From Octopus vulgaris (Eukaryota): 64,000 bases of DNA. The DNA lies in contig OX597816.1 in NCBI GenBank assembly GCA_951406725.2, positions 99,076,001 to 99,140,000 on the forward strand, given 5' to 3'. This document shows, piece by piece, positions 1 to 13,636 of this stretch. The stretch's first letter is position 1, and each line of letters starts with the position of its first letter. The translations under genes and the position numbers were made by a program. The notes under the pieces were generated by a model. That model was not told where the DNA came from, made no database searches, and saw only the letters and a list, made by a program, of their open reading frames with translations.

Positions 1-880
1 AAGACATTTTATCCTTATATCCAACTTCAGCTAGAGTTTGGTTGTAGTATTTTTCTTTCTTTTTTTAATGTTTTCCCATTAGTAGAGAGTCGTGATGTAC
101 GAAGGTAGACGTTTTTAGCGATAGACTTAATAATATTTCAAGGATTATTTGAATGTTTACTTATTTAATTAATTTATGTTAGGTTTGTGATGCTGTTCGT
201 ATAGTCCCGTATGTAAATCTAAATTAACACATAGACAATTAACTTTACTATGTTCTTTTTCAATGGAAATACGAAGACTTAGAGCCTTAAATAATCTAAA
301 GAGGCTTTTCCTGGAACATTAGCGTCGTCCTTCTATATTTTTCCGCTTAACTCCCGAAATTCGGTATAAACACATTCTAAAATATGTCAGTTACCTGAAT
401 GGTGTAGCAGGAACCCATAAGTATGTCAAAGCCATCTAATCTATCTCTTATTACCCAGTATTTTCCTTCAAACTCGATTATGGATTTTTTAGCAGCTAAT
501 ATAATAACTACTTTTTTGTAGATAAGTCAAAGTTCTGCATTGCGAATATTAATGCTTTGCTAAGTAAAACTAGGTTAATAGATACATAGAAATTAGATAT
601 ATCTCATCGTATGAATTTAGTCCGTGTTTTATCCCTAATATCAGTAAAGCAATCTAATACTTCAAAAGAGCAACACCATAAGATAAGTTTAGATATGTGT
701 TTGTCAATAATGAAATTTCAAATTTTGCCTATATCTCACTTAAGAGGGCATATTAGTCTAACAAAGCGATTAGATGTAAAGTTGAGCTTACGATCCTTCC
801 GGTTTATTCTAGAAGTTCTACAGATGTAGGATTCTGTCCTATCATCTAGATGGAATCCTTCTACTTGTGTATCACCAAGC
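1..880 (-). mobile_element. Degenerate Penelope-like element (PLE) reverse transcriptase remnant
   Basis: Manual minus-strand translation gives interrupted PLE-RT-like blocks: VRLICPLK*DIGKI, KFIRDEISNFYVSINLVLLSKALIFA, FDILMGS, YRRDD-like, VNLDLHTGLYEQHHKPN, SNNP. Many stops and frameshifts. Confidence 0.65.
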
Positions 881-1609
881 TTTTGGTAAAATTTGATGCA
901 ATGTCTCTACTCAATGCGTTCGGTGAAAACGAAAATCCAACGTGTGCGCTCTACACATTTGTACTTTTTGGCGCAACAGCCGGGAACTGACTCGTCATAC
1001 TGCTGCGAACATTTTAACCCATACGTAACGCGGGTGGCATCAACTTCCACCCTGAAGATATTGCCCACGTGGCATTAGATTTGACAGGGAAAATAAAGTC
1101 GGATACCTTTTGAACGCACCACGTATGTGTGTGTGTGCAAAATCTTTATTTTATATAAAGTTATATATAAAAACAGACTACTAAAACATTAAATTGAAGC
1201 ATCACTTAATAATTTTCACAAGTACATCATATTTATTTATTTTTTTAAGGAAAAGATTCATGGTGGCTTCTAACTTTCAGTTTACTTGCTATCATCAAGT
1301 TTTGATTTAGTGAAGCTCTTCAAGCATCCTATAAATATTTTGGGGAAGTGGCAAGTTATCTGGTTCGTAGAATGATGTAATGTAAAATAGATGTAATGTA
1401 AAATAGATGTAATATAAATCAGTTTGCAAAAGAGGTGGTGGTATCAGTAGGGGAATGGAAGAGTAGAAAAATAGTATATGTTTCTAGGGCAAAAAATTGG
1501 TAAAAAAATGTCTGTATATAGATGTGTACATCTATTCAGGTATAAGAATATATATACTTTTCAAATAAAAATAAGCATTAACGAGCTGATATACGTATAT
1601 AGACACGTA

Positions 1610-1658
1610 TTATATATATATATATATATATATGCGTATGTGTGTGTGTACATACACA

Positions 1659-1720
<62 letters not shown>
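1610..1720. repeat. (TA)n/(CA)n compound microsatellite
   Basis: Directly visible dinucleotide runs. Confidence 0.95.
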
Positions 1721-1721
<1 letters not shown>

Positions 1722-1724
<3 letters not shown>

Positions 1725-2205
1725 TTGTTATATTTCGGAATGGTCATATTGCCAGTTTAGCCAATAAAAACACACGCACTATATATTTGGTGTTATTTTG
1801 CTTCAGTGATATTTATTTTTTACATTAATCTTAATCTTATTTCGGCCAAAGTTCTTTCGTCACACTCCTGTGACCGCATCAGTGGTCCTTTGTTTTCTTC
1901 TCACTTACTTGTGTCTCTCCTTACTAACCGTCAGCCACAAGTAAGACAAGGAGAGACACAAGTAAGTGAGAAGAAAACAAAGGACCACTGATGCGGTCAC
2001 AGGAGTGTGACGAAAGAACTTTGGCCGAAATAAGATTAAGATTAATGTAAAAAATAAATATCACTGAAGCAAAATAACACCAAATATATAGTGCGTGTGT
2101 TTTTATTGGCTAAACTGGCAATATGACCATTCCGAAATATAACAATATCTGTTTCAACACACGACTTCACATAAAAAATCTTGCACAACAAATATTTAAA
2201 CGTAT
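1722..2205. mobile_element. Fold-back element: ~201 bp inverted repeat (1722-1922 / 1948-2148) plus a one-sided tail; probable PLE inverted pseudo-LTR remnant
   Basis: The arms read as exact reverse complements with a 25 nt spacer. An extra ~55 nt follows the right arm, and the unit is flanked by TA-rich repeats. The architecture matches 33101-34532, which retains a GIY-YIG ORF. Confidence 0.7.
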
Positions 2206-2428
2206 ATATATAAAGATATGTAATTATTTACATATATGTGTGTACATAAGTCAGATTATTTTCGTATGTCTGTATCAATAGAGAGAAAGCGTTGACAGCC
2301 ACAAAAGTTTAGATATTCCCGCCACAGGTCTTTTAGAACGGTGAATTACTATCGCCCACCACATCCGCACAATCATAACATATATTATTAATCATATATA
2401 TTGTGTTAATTTATATATGTGTGTATAT

Positions 2429-2483
<55 letters not shown>

Positions 2484-3231
2484 ATGTCTATATGTATATA
2501 TATAATCATCAATATCTATAAAGCTGACATGCGAAAAAGTTGTTTGATTTCTTGGTTATTTGTCTCATTTTAGGATGGGAACGGTTTAAGGGGTCGGATT
2601 GGCGCCAAAATTTACACTGGGGTATGAAATGGGATGAGCAATGGTGTGAGGAGGGTTGCAAGTCGTTCGGGGCTACCGTTTGGTTGCCATGGTGAGGAAT
2701 ATGGGAAAAATTGAGTTTTATGGCATAGAAAGGTTGCGCTGTTTGAATAATGGTGGCTTTTTGTGTTGCTGCAGGGGCTAGAGGCGGTTATCTTTAATTG
2801 TAGGTGTAAAAATTTGAGGGATTTTGGAAAGGGTGGCAAAACTTTTCGACTTTTAAAAAAAGTACATTTTTGCCCTATTTTTAGATTTATTTATTTTTTC
2901 TGTTTGCATTATTTGGTTGACATGGGTAAAAATGGCATTGTGTTAAAGGCCAAAACTTTAGCTTTCATTTGCATCATGTACCGTGAAACTATACCACAAA
3001 GAAGCATCAAATTTCACAAAATTTTAAGTAATTTTGAAATATTTTTGTGAATTTACGTGCACGCGGAAGAGAAAGCGAGTCAGTCCGAGAGAAAGGAAGA
3101 GTAAGAGAGTGGGAAAGTGAGAAAGAAAGGCGAGAGAAACAAAGAGGGAGAATGTGGCGATAAGAAACAGAAAGGAAGCAACAGAAAGTAACAACCGCAC
3201 CCTCACCCGCGCGTAAAGCAGGACACCTTAA

Positions 3232-3906
3232 TCTAGTCTATAATATAAATTGGACATGGGCGATCGTTGTATTCTTTCTTGTCTTGAAGTTGACAGCCAA
3301 ACGGCACACATGCGGAGACGGGTGCATAGATTGGAATACGGTTTGTATCTTTTTCCTAGTCCCCATAGTTACCGAGAAAATCGATTAAAACTTTTTTTAA
3401 TGGAATTTCCCTGTTTGTTCCGTCAAGAAAAAAACCAGTTGCTCACACAGCCGGCATATACCATTTCGCTAGCAACAAGAGGAGTACAGGATGAAAGTCA
3501 TCCACAAAACACACACACACACACGTCCATTTCATATATTTTCTTTCAATTTCTGCTCTCTGCAAATAAAATACAACTGCTTCCAAAAATAGGGATTAAT
3601 ATATAATTTATTTCTATGTTCATAATTAAGTCAACGTTTTAATGATTTGACAAAGGTTCAATAGAATAGCTCTCAGAAACAGACTACGTACAAATTCGTT
3701 CTTCGCAAATCCTGAAGCTGTTTTTTTTTTTTGTTTTTGGACAAGTGGTGGGGATGTCAAAAAACTTTCATATAGCAGGAGACTCCAATAGAAACAGGGA
3801 CCCGAAATGATAAGTTTGAGAAATGCTGTTATAGATTATGCCTAAACGAAAACGATCACAGCCACATCATCCAAACAGACCGGGTGAAACCGGGCCTAGC
3901 TGCTAG
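3232..3906 (+). mobile_element. Non-autonomous Helitron-like element
   Basis: Starts with TC after an A (a|tctagtctataatataaa). Ends with GC-rich ccgggtgaaaccggg followed by CTAG|T. No TSD seen. Confidence 0.45.
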
Positions 3907-5329
3907 TAGTAATATAAATGCAGCGAGATGATAGAATCGTCAGCGCTCCTGGCGAAATGCTTAACAGCATTTTGTCCGCCTTTATCATCTCTCCCGAAAG
4001 TGCTGGATGTGTGACATGTGTAACCAATACATAGTACTACATGCCTATGTAAATATTTCTCTACTTATCTTTTGCTTTCTCTTACTCTCGTGTGTGTGTG
4101 CGTGCGTGCGTGTCCATAACAGTATGAGTTTATTATTATAGTTTGAAATCTGAAGGACGTGCGTCCTTATCATACACATAATTATACTATGTAACTACAA
4201 TTGTTTGACATCTTTTTCATCGTGATATAGCTGATCAATTGGATCACTTAAGACTCACTTTGGTCTTGTACAAGCACATGGAGCTGCTCATATTCTGCGA
4301 AATCGAGTCAGTGACTAACTTTAAGAAGTACAAGGAAACCTTTTGACTTATTACTCTATACACGATGAAGAAATATACGAAAGATGAATATAACAGGTTT
4401 GTGTCTCCGGCAATAGGAGAAAAGTCTCATCCGCAATATAATTACTTGTGAGAGTATATCTATGTATATGTTGCTTCATTTCATGAATAATTTATTATTC
4501 ATATAAGACGGAAATTATATTTTAAATTATAATTGATTATTTATTCTGAATAAAATATTCCGTACACATAACGGTTAAGCACAGCCTTTGTTCGTAGTAT
4601 TAAGAAAACCATCACAGAGTTTGTTCATTACTTCATTAGCTTAAAGATAAGTATAGCTTTTACATTTAGCAATGTTACAGTAGAGATAGGTGAATATTAT
4701 TAGAAAAGAACAATACATCCTCTTCAAACAATAAAGCGATAAATAATTGTAAATAGGCATCTTTTACCGAAAATATAAAATCAATATCGGGAACATTGCA
4801 ATTTATTTTCAAACTAAACAATATTCTCTGTCTATGCTACTGTCAGTGCGAACTCCGCCGATTCTTTTATTTGTTTATTACTTATTTCTATTCCTTTATC
4901 AGTTTTTTTTCTTTTCTGTATTTTATATCAGTTTTTCATTTCTCTTTGATTTTTATTTTCGATTTTGTTTTGCTTTCGTTTGTTTTGTTTTGTCTCTTTT
5001 CATTATATACTAGGAAAAATTCAATCACATTTCTAAAATGCTACTCTTGTTTAACATCATTTTCGCTTTTCGATAGCGATGTTGATAGTGATACTGGTGG
5101 CGATGATGGTGAAGAGAGGTAGAGTTAGCTACTACTGATACTGATACCGATGATGATCGCGATGGATGATGATGGTGATGAGAGCGATAATATAATATAA
5201 TATTCATGCGATACTGCTACACTTATTCTTAAGATAGTGTCGTTGTTGTTGTTTCCTTGTTTTACTGCTGCTGCTCAGCTGCTGCAAGTCTGGTTGCTAT
5301 TCTTTTAAAAATTTGCCTGTAATGACAAC

Positions 5330-5370
<41 letters not shown>

Positions 5371-5500
5371 CGGCAACAGTAGTAGTAGTAGTGGTGGTGG
5401 TAGTGGTAATTGCTGATGTTGTTGGTGTTATTAAGCTATAAAAATCATTGATTGATTTAGTTACTCTTGTTGTTGTTGTTGTTGCTGCTGTTGTTGTCAC
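5330..5500. repeat. (GTA)n/(GTT)n trinucleotide microsatellites
   Basis: Directly visible. Confidence 0.9.
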
Positions 5501-6559
5501 TTTTGTTGGTGATAGCGCTGGTGCAGTTTCTATTTGTCTCTTGCTGTTTAACCCCAGGTTAACAACGATTCAGCAGACGTATGGCCCAAAGCATAACATC
5601 CATGACTGTGTTGATGTATACAAACGATTAGATTATGGGATATATCTCTTACTTCAAAAATTCGAATGATTGTATTAAGTGCTAGGACATGACTTGAGAT
5701 ATACATTAGGCTGTTGTTTCTAGCAAATCAGTGATTTTATATATATATATATATATATATCCCTACAGAGGTTCATCGTTATCGCTGCTGTTGCTATTGC
5801 TGTAGTTATTGATGAGTTGCAAACGTTTGCTACATTTGCAGTTGATAATTATTACTACTGTTGATGGCATAGCTATAAGCTGGTTTCATATTTTTGCATC
5901 CCTTTCAAAATAAAATACCAGTCATGTTCTGATACTGGTGTCGAACACGATTCCTTTAAAATTACGGTCTTTGTGCCTATAAAATAGAAACAGTTATTAT
6001 AATTATTGGTCTTGCTCTCGTTTATAATGTCGTTGCAACAATCGAGAGGGCAACGTACGTAAGGTACGGTTGGACTAAAAAAGAGTGACACATAATTCGT
6101 TGAAATTTGAAGCTATGCATCACAACGTCAACTTATGCTCAGACAGGAAGCATGCTTCGGTTATTTTCAATAGAAGGAATGTGTTAAGGTGCCCAAGTGG
6201 TAGTTAGTTGCGTTAAAACATGCGTCCTGTTAAACGTACCATTTGAGAAAAAAGCGTAGTCCATTAGAAAAATCTCATAACTTCCTTTTATTCAGATGCA
6301 CTCCCAAGTGTTGAGCTAATAAGGGTCTCTGAAATGAACACTTCCCCATCCAATGTGTGAAACACAATGATTGAATTCAGCATCACGTGATAGAGAAATG
6401 AACTTTTGAACGAAACGAGTCTGCCTGTAGCCAACAATTGTTGTCGTGGCCATAGCTGTTTTCTTTTTCTTTTTTTTTTGCTTTTTTGTTGATTTTTAAG
6501 ATTGTGTAGTTGTTATTATAGCTGCTGTCGTTAGTGTTACTACAATTCATTAAAAGTAA

Positions 6560-7400
6560 GTAATAGAATGAAAACCTAAAGGAAAAGAATTGAAAACATT
6601 AGGAAGAGAGAAACGAATGACAGTAAAAGAGAAACACAATGGATATGCGTCTGGATAAAATGAAAATGTTGGGGAAGGAAGCAAGAAGAAATTACGAGAA
6701 GATAAGTTTCTGTAAAATGAAAAGTGAAAAAGCACAAAAAATCGAATAGATTAAAAACATAAGGGATGGAAGGGAATAGAAAAACGCGATCGGAATAAAA
6801 TCTGAGTGAAAGAAGCTGTGCGAAAGAAAGACGTGAAAGAGAAAAAAAGAGAGGGGTAGATATTATGTCAGTATAAAAGAAGGGAAGACAAAAGAAAAAG
6901 CAAGGAAAGAAGTATTAATTCATAAAAGAAATGAATGAAATAAAAGTGATAAGAAGCAGAGATGATAAAAGTGTGATAGAAATTGGGAGACAGAGAGAGA
7001 GAGAAGGAGAAAGAGATTCTACTGGAGAGAAATGAAACAGTGTTAACAAAATGGTAATAGCAAAATAAGAAAGATAGACACATATCAGTCAAGAGAGAGA
7101 ATAAGAGAACAGAAATAAATGAAAGGAAGTAAGGCAGAAAGAAGCAATGAGAGAGCGAAAGTGAGAGAGAGAGAGAATGAAAGAGAGAGATAGACAAATA
7201 GAAAAGGTGATGGCGGAATGAGGAGGTAAACAAGAAGGAAAAGAGGGCTGATGAAAGAGAAACGTTATGAATGGAGTAAGAAGTTTCAGAAAAATATAAT
7301 AAAGAGGAGAGTGTGGGGAGGAAAGGAAAAAAAGAAAGCAAAAGCGAAATACTTTAAGGAAGATGCAGAAAGTCAAGAAGAAAAAAATGAAACGAATGGG
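6560..7400. repeat. Purine-rich (A/G) low-complexity tract
   Basis: The plus strand is strongly A/G-biased over ~800 bp. Confidence 0.8.
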
Positions 7401-7814
7401 ATTCTGTAGTAGGGCAACGATAGTGCAAATTTATTCTAAAATTAGCCATAATATTTGTCTAAAAGTTTGTAAAGCATTGATATAATCTATGTACCAAAGT
7501 ACAAAGATTTACTAGAGCTATTATAGATTGATGTTACAGTCAGCTTTGCACTTGATATATATGATTTTTACTATAGGAGTAGTATTTTTTGGTGCATTCT
7601 TTTATGATAGAGATTCATTTGATATATACATTAAAAAAAATGGAAGAAACCAAATGAAACATTGAACAAAGAAATGAATCTATATGTACATCGAACTAAA
7701 ACAGAGACATTTTATAAAATCTAATGACAAACGCTACTGACAGAAAGATGTACGTATAAAAATATATACACACACATATACATATGAATGTGGGTAGCAG
7801 TGTATATTATATCT

Positions 7815-7821
7815 CCATGTA

Positions 7822-7854
<33 letters not shown>

Positions 7855-8209
7855 TTATATGCACATTCATACATTCTTACACACTCAGATATACGAATAC
7901 ATACATTCACACACACAAGTATATACATACATATATGTATGTATCTATCTATCTATATATATATATATTATATACATATGTACGTGCATACATATCATTT
8001 ATATATAAATATATGTTTATATATGTGTATATATATATATATATATATGTATCAATATATATATATATATTATATATATATATATATATGTATATGTATG
8101 TATATATGTGTATATATATATGTATATGTATGTATATATGTGTATATATATATATATGTATATGGTGTATGTATGTATATATATATATATATATATGTAT
8201 ATGTATGTA

Positions 8210-8252
<43 letters not shown>

Positions 8253-8256
8253 GTAT

Positions 8257-8292
<36 letters not shown>

Positions 8293-8590
8293 ATATGTAT
8301 GTGTATATATATGTGTATATGTATGTATATATGTGTATATGTATGTATATATGTGTATATGTATGTATATATATATATATATGTGTATCAATATATATGT
8401 ATATGTATGTATATATATATGTATATGTATGTATATATATATGTATATATGTGTATCAATATATATATATATGTATATGTATGTATATATATGTATATGT
8501 ATGTATATATATATATATGTGTATCAATATATATATATATCTATATGTATATATCTATGTGTGTATATATATGTGTGTGTGTGTGTGTGA
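7815..8590. repeat. (TA)n/(TATG)n compound microsatellite
   Basis: Directly visible; source of the spurious YIYI ORFs. Confidence 0.95.
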
Positions 8591-8989
8591 TCGCGTATGT
8601 TCGTATACGTATAGTTTTCTTTTATTAATGTTTTTCCATGGCTATTGATTTCGTGTAATAAATACTTTTTGTATTACTTCCATTATTCTAAAATAAAACA
8701 AAGGGCTTTATTTTTGTATATTTTCTTACTTCAAACTCGAAAGACAAATGAAATAAGTCTTTCGATATAGATGTCGTGTGGTTCATATTGTGTTATATGT
8801 ACATGCGCCTTGTTAACCGAAGCAACAAAGTGCTTTCTATTATTCATTAATGAAAACATTTCAGTTGAAAATTATCTTCAAAGATCTTCATGACGACATA
8901 ACCACGAAATGTTACGTCATTTCAATCGAATTAGTAATCTGATAACTTGCACATGTGTAATCATTTTTAATAAAATAAAAAAATCTGCT

Positions 8990-9082
8990 TTCTGCTGCTG
9001 CTGCTACTACTGCTGCCATTGCTGCTACTACTGCTGCCATTACTACTACTACTGCTGCTGTTACTACTACTACTGCTGCTGT

Positions 9083-9115
<33 letters not shown>

Positions 9116-9350
9116 AAATACTACTACTACTGCTGCTGTTACTACTACTACTACTACTACTACTACTGCTGCTGTTACTACTACTACTACTGCTGCTGTT
9201 ACTACTACTACTGCTGCTGTTACTACTACTACTACTACTACTACTACAAATACTACTACTACTACTACTGCTGCTGTTACTACTACTACTACTACTGCTG
9301 CTGTTACTACTGCTGCTGCAGTTACTACTACTGCTGCTGCTGCTACTATT
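8990..9350. repeat. (TAC)n/(TGC)n compound trinucleotide repeat with higher-order structure
   Basis: Blocks of (tac)n tgctgctgt recur; the marker tactacaaatac occurs twice, about 130 bp apart. Confidence 0.95.
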
Positions 9351-10519
9351 ACACATTTTCAGCCTTTTAAGTTTCAATATGTTAATGTTTGACCAGTTCA
9401 CGTCGTAGCATGACATTTAATTTCAGATAATTCATTTTCCCTAAACTATTAAAGTAGATTAGGTTAAAAAAAGAAATACAACAAAAGGAAAACCCTGTTA
9501 TTTTAACAAGAGATTGACTCATTTACTGTGGCAGGGTTAATTCCCTCGCGAAGGAAAGGAACAGCTAAGTGTTGTAAATCAAAGCAACAACAGATTGCTC
9601 TATATTAAGCTTTCCTGAGAAGAAAATATATTTCTCGCCGGTTGAGACTACGAAAGTCGACATGGGAAAATGTAGGCGCATTTGTTCTATGACAAAGGGA
9701 CCAGTGGTTAAGAATTCTCCCAAACTGACATACCATTAAGATAAAGAGTTTCGTTGCCTGGAGAAAAGAAGCTGTTGTGGACAGGAGTTTTGCATGGCAA
9801 TTGTCCTGCCTCACATTCAGCAGAACAAGACTCATAGAAATGATATTAAAAAAGGAGTAACACAATTGTTTTCTAGGAAATTTGCATAAATAAAATGCAA
9901 ACGAGCAAAGGGAAATAGTCTAGAGTGGCTAGTGGTCTGTATTTAAACAATATTAAATACTAAATCAGAAGTCATTTGTTGAAATTTTTAAAGTATCTGC
10001 AATCTAGAAAAGGAAGAATAATCACTTAATCGCAATGAAAGCGTAAACCAAACGAGTATCAGGAATTCTCCCAATCTGGCACTGCTAGAAACAGCGTAAA
10101 GCAAACTCTGTACTGATGACACCTATTGAGGCAGAAACACGTATGCTTAGTTAAACTCTTGATACCAAACGTGTTGACTGTATTTTTCTTAAAGATATAT
10201 CAATTTTGGAGAAATCATTATTATTAAAATTATCTCCCATTCTAACACTCTCTTTCGCCCACAATGCCAATGTAAAACTGTTCTGCTCTCTCTCTGGAAG
10301 CAGAGATAATATCAATAAATCGACAATTCATGCCTTTAATATACACATTCGACACAAACAAATATGTGTATATTTACGGGCAAGGGTTCGCGGTGATATT
10401 ATATGTATATGTACAATTTAATATTTTCCTCACCGACTTACTGTACAATGAGACAACTAATCAATGAATGTAAAATATCACATTCCATGGCGTACATATA
10501 TGTTCATACATACATACAT

Positions 10520-11020
10520 GCATATATACAAAATATGTTAGCTCATGTGAACTCAATAAAGCCATCCATGCAGTTCACAATGGAAAAGGAAAAAGACAAT
10601 CAGCTGGCATTCCTGGGCGTGTTATTAATATAACACGCACCAAGTATGGATTCAGGACATTTCATATACCGCAAGCCGACCTTTACTGGACGATATCAGA
10701 TCTTCAATTTCCACCATCCATACAGTGTAAAGAATATAAGTAGCGATTGTGATACACACCACGAAGAAATGATCAAGCTCAATTACGATCTGTTAAGCAA
10801 CAACTACCCCCAAAATACACTATCCACTACAATTATGAAGAAGAGAGAGGATGAGGCCAATAAACTGTCCAGTCTGTCTATCCTATGAGAAACCTTCTCC
10901 GAAAAGATACGAAAGATATGCGGTCCATATGACATCAGGTCAGTATTCAAGAGTAATATAACACTTCGCAAATATCTGATTCGGGTAAAACCACCAATAG
11001 AAGAGAATATGACCAAAGAC
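10520..11020 (+). mobile_element. Degenerate PLE (Penelope/Poseidon-type) RT C-terminal fragment
   Basis: HVNSIKPSMQFTMEKEKDNQLAFLGVLL and IYRKPTFTGRYQIFNFHHPYSVK resemble the PLE motifs FTMEKE..LPFLD and YRKPT.T..YL.F.S.HP. Confidence 0.75.
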
Positions 11021-11292
11021 TGTGAGTGGATTTGGTAGACGTAAACTAAAAGAAGCCCGTCATATATAGGTATATGTTTGTGTGTCTGTGTTTGTCCCCC
11101 CCCCCCCCAACATCGCTTGACAACTGATGCAGGTATGTCTACGTCCCCGTAACCTAGCGGTTCGGCAAGAGTCACCGATAGAATACGTACTAGGCTTACA
11201 AAGAAAAGTCCTGTGGTCGATTTGCTCGACTAAAGGCAGTGCTCCAGCATGGCCGCAGTCAAATAACTGAAACAAATAAAAGAATAAGAGAA
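11020..11292 (+). mobile_element. 5'-truncated copy of the SINE family at 27396-27832
   Basis: High similarity from tgtgagtggatttggtagac through ccagcatggccgcagtc...ctgaaac. Confidence 0.85.
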
Positions 11293-12554
11293 TATATACA
11301 CATACACACACACACACACACAGAACTTTTAACAAGACTTTCATGACAACATCCACACTCAATGACACACAGCTGGTCACATTCCAAGGATATTGAAAGA
11401 GCATTCACGCAAACACACACACACACTGAGACAGACACACACACAAACACAGCTGGAAATAAAGCCCATTCAATAAATGCTTTTAAGCCACTCCTTCGGC
11501 TTGAACTCATTGAAAAATTTTAGACAATAGACAACTACACGCCCTCTCTCTCTAAAACCTTGAAGTCTATAACAAACTATATTAGAGGCATTTAGTAACA
11601 GTGTCGTAAGCGCCACCCGACCCTTTTCGAGGTTAGCATATCATTTTCTTTGTCTCAACGTCTAGAATCCGAAAAAGTTGGTAGAAACGGTGAGGCTTGC
11701 AATAAGGTCGAAAATCTGGCTGAAAAGAATTGTACTTTAACGCTACTGATACGACGCTCGCTCACCCAAACTCTGACTAGAATGTTTGGTAACACACCAT
11801 CGTAAGAACACACGCTAAATCAATAACCTTGGTGTGGTCTCTGCATCGTTTTCGAAGTGTTATGACTTATTTTCTAATATTCCTCGTTTCCATGGTAACG
11901 ATAATGGGCTATTATATTACTATCCTGTCTTACCTCTGAAGGATTCTTACTTCGGTATATTAAAACACAGACAATAACTTTGTGGGTTGTGTGTATGATC
12001 TTTCTAGGTATTATGGCTAAAATATGCAATGCGATACCCCGCTTTGTGGTGCCGATATAATCTACAAAATGAGAAACACGCAGTTCTTGTTTCATCTTTC
12101 AGATACATACATAAATAAATAATTTTACATAGATGGAATGATTAGAGAAAGTCTTCATGTTCGGTTTAAGACCAAAACCAGCTTCCTAATTGAGATATCG
12201 CATTCTGAAAGTCACGAAAATTTCACTGCGTTTTTCTCGATTTTCAAGTTGTGGAGCTTACGGCGGTCTGTTACTAAACACACCATTTAAAGTAGACTAA
12301 AAAAAAAATTCTCCAGATATATTCTGACCACCAACCAGAAGATAGACACAAACTGATTTTACTTCAAACTTTTATCAATATTTGACGAGGTGAAATACAT
12401 CATCGAACCTGGTAATATTTTCTATTTTCTATATATAATTTTTAAATCATTTAAAAATTTTTTTAAAATTGAAATCTTACATTTTTGTGCTGTTTCCACC
12501 ACCACACTTTATATATAAGAAATTGATTTGTATGGATCTCTAATCTTTTTTCAA

Positions 12555-13291
<737 letters not shown>

Positions 13292-13292
<1 letters not shown>

Positions 13293-13482
13293 GTCGCCAT
13301 GATAGATCGTTAGCCACTACACATTTTTTCTCTCATTGTTCTTTTGTGTCTCTTTCTGTAGAAGAGCGTATGCTCGAAATGTAAAATACTTTTTCTATTC
13401 CTGAGCGTTATACTAATACATTTGTTTGTTTTGTACACTACCTGTCTTCGTCTTTTGTTTTTTTTTTTGTAAACTCTCCCTA
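13292..13482 (+). mobile_element. Short TA-flanked element with a degenerate hammerhead core; related to 21078-21275
   Basis: Shares cgttagc / gaagagc..gctcgaaa.gt / ttcctgagcgt / tttgtt blocks with 21078-21275. Its core is CUGUAGA, i.e. A6 is mutated. Confidence 0.55.
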
Positions 13483-13636
13483 TATATATATATATATATC
13501 ATCAAGAAAACATAATAATGCCTTAAGAAAAAAGAAATTTATAAAAAATGAAGCAACAATATAATGAAATATTGGACAATAAAAAGTAGTAAATTGCAAG
13601 AAGATATAAGGACGTTTAATTTTCTATAAGAGCCTT

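Noticed and set aside
7734-8648. Long [12 protein letters not shown] ORFs here and at 12.5-13.3, 25.1-26.1, 32.8-33.2, 34.5-35.1, 39.9-42.0 and 62.2-62.8 kb
   Set aside because: Stop-free translations of dinucleotide microsatellites. The 461 aa and 433 aa ORFs are microsatellite fused in frame to transposon fragments.
8909-9416. Poly-Cys/Tyr, poly-Leu and poly-Ser ORFs
   Set aside because: Readings of a (TAC)/(TGC) repeat that is open in several frames; no flanking coding signal.
9600-9870. Possible mariner catalytic remnant (also ~47000-47350)
   Set aside because: Only faint DN..H and HP-like traces; too degraded to call.
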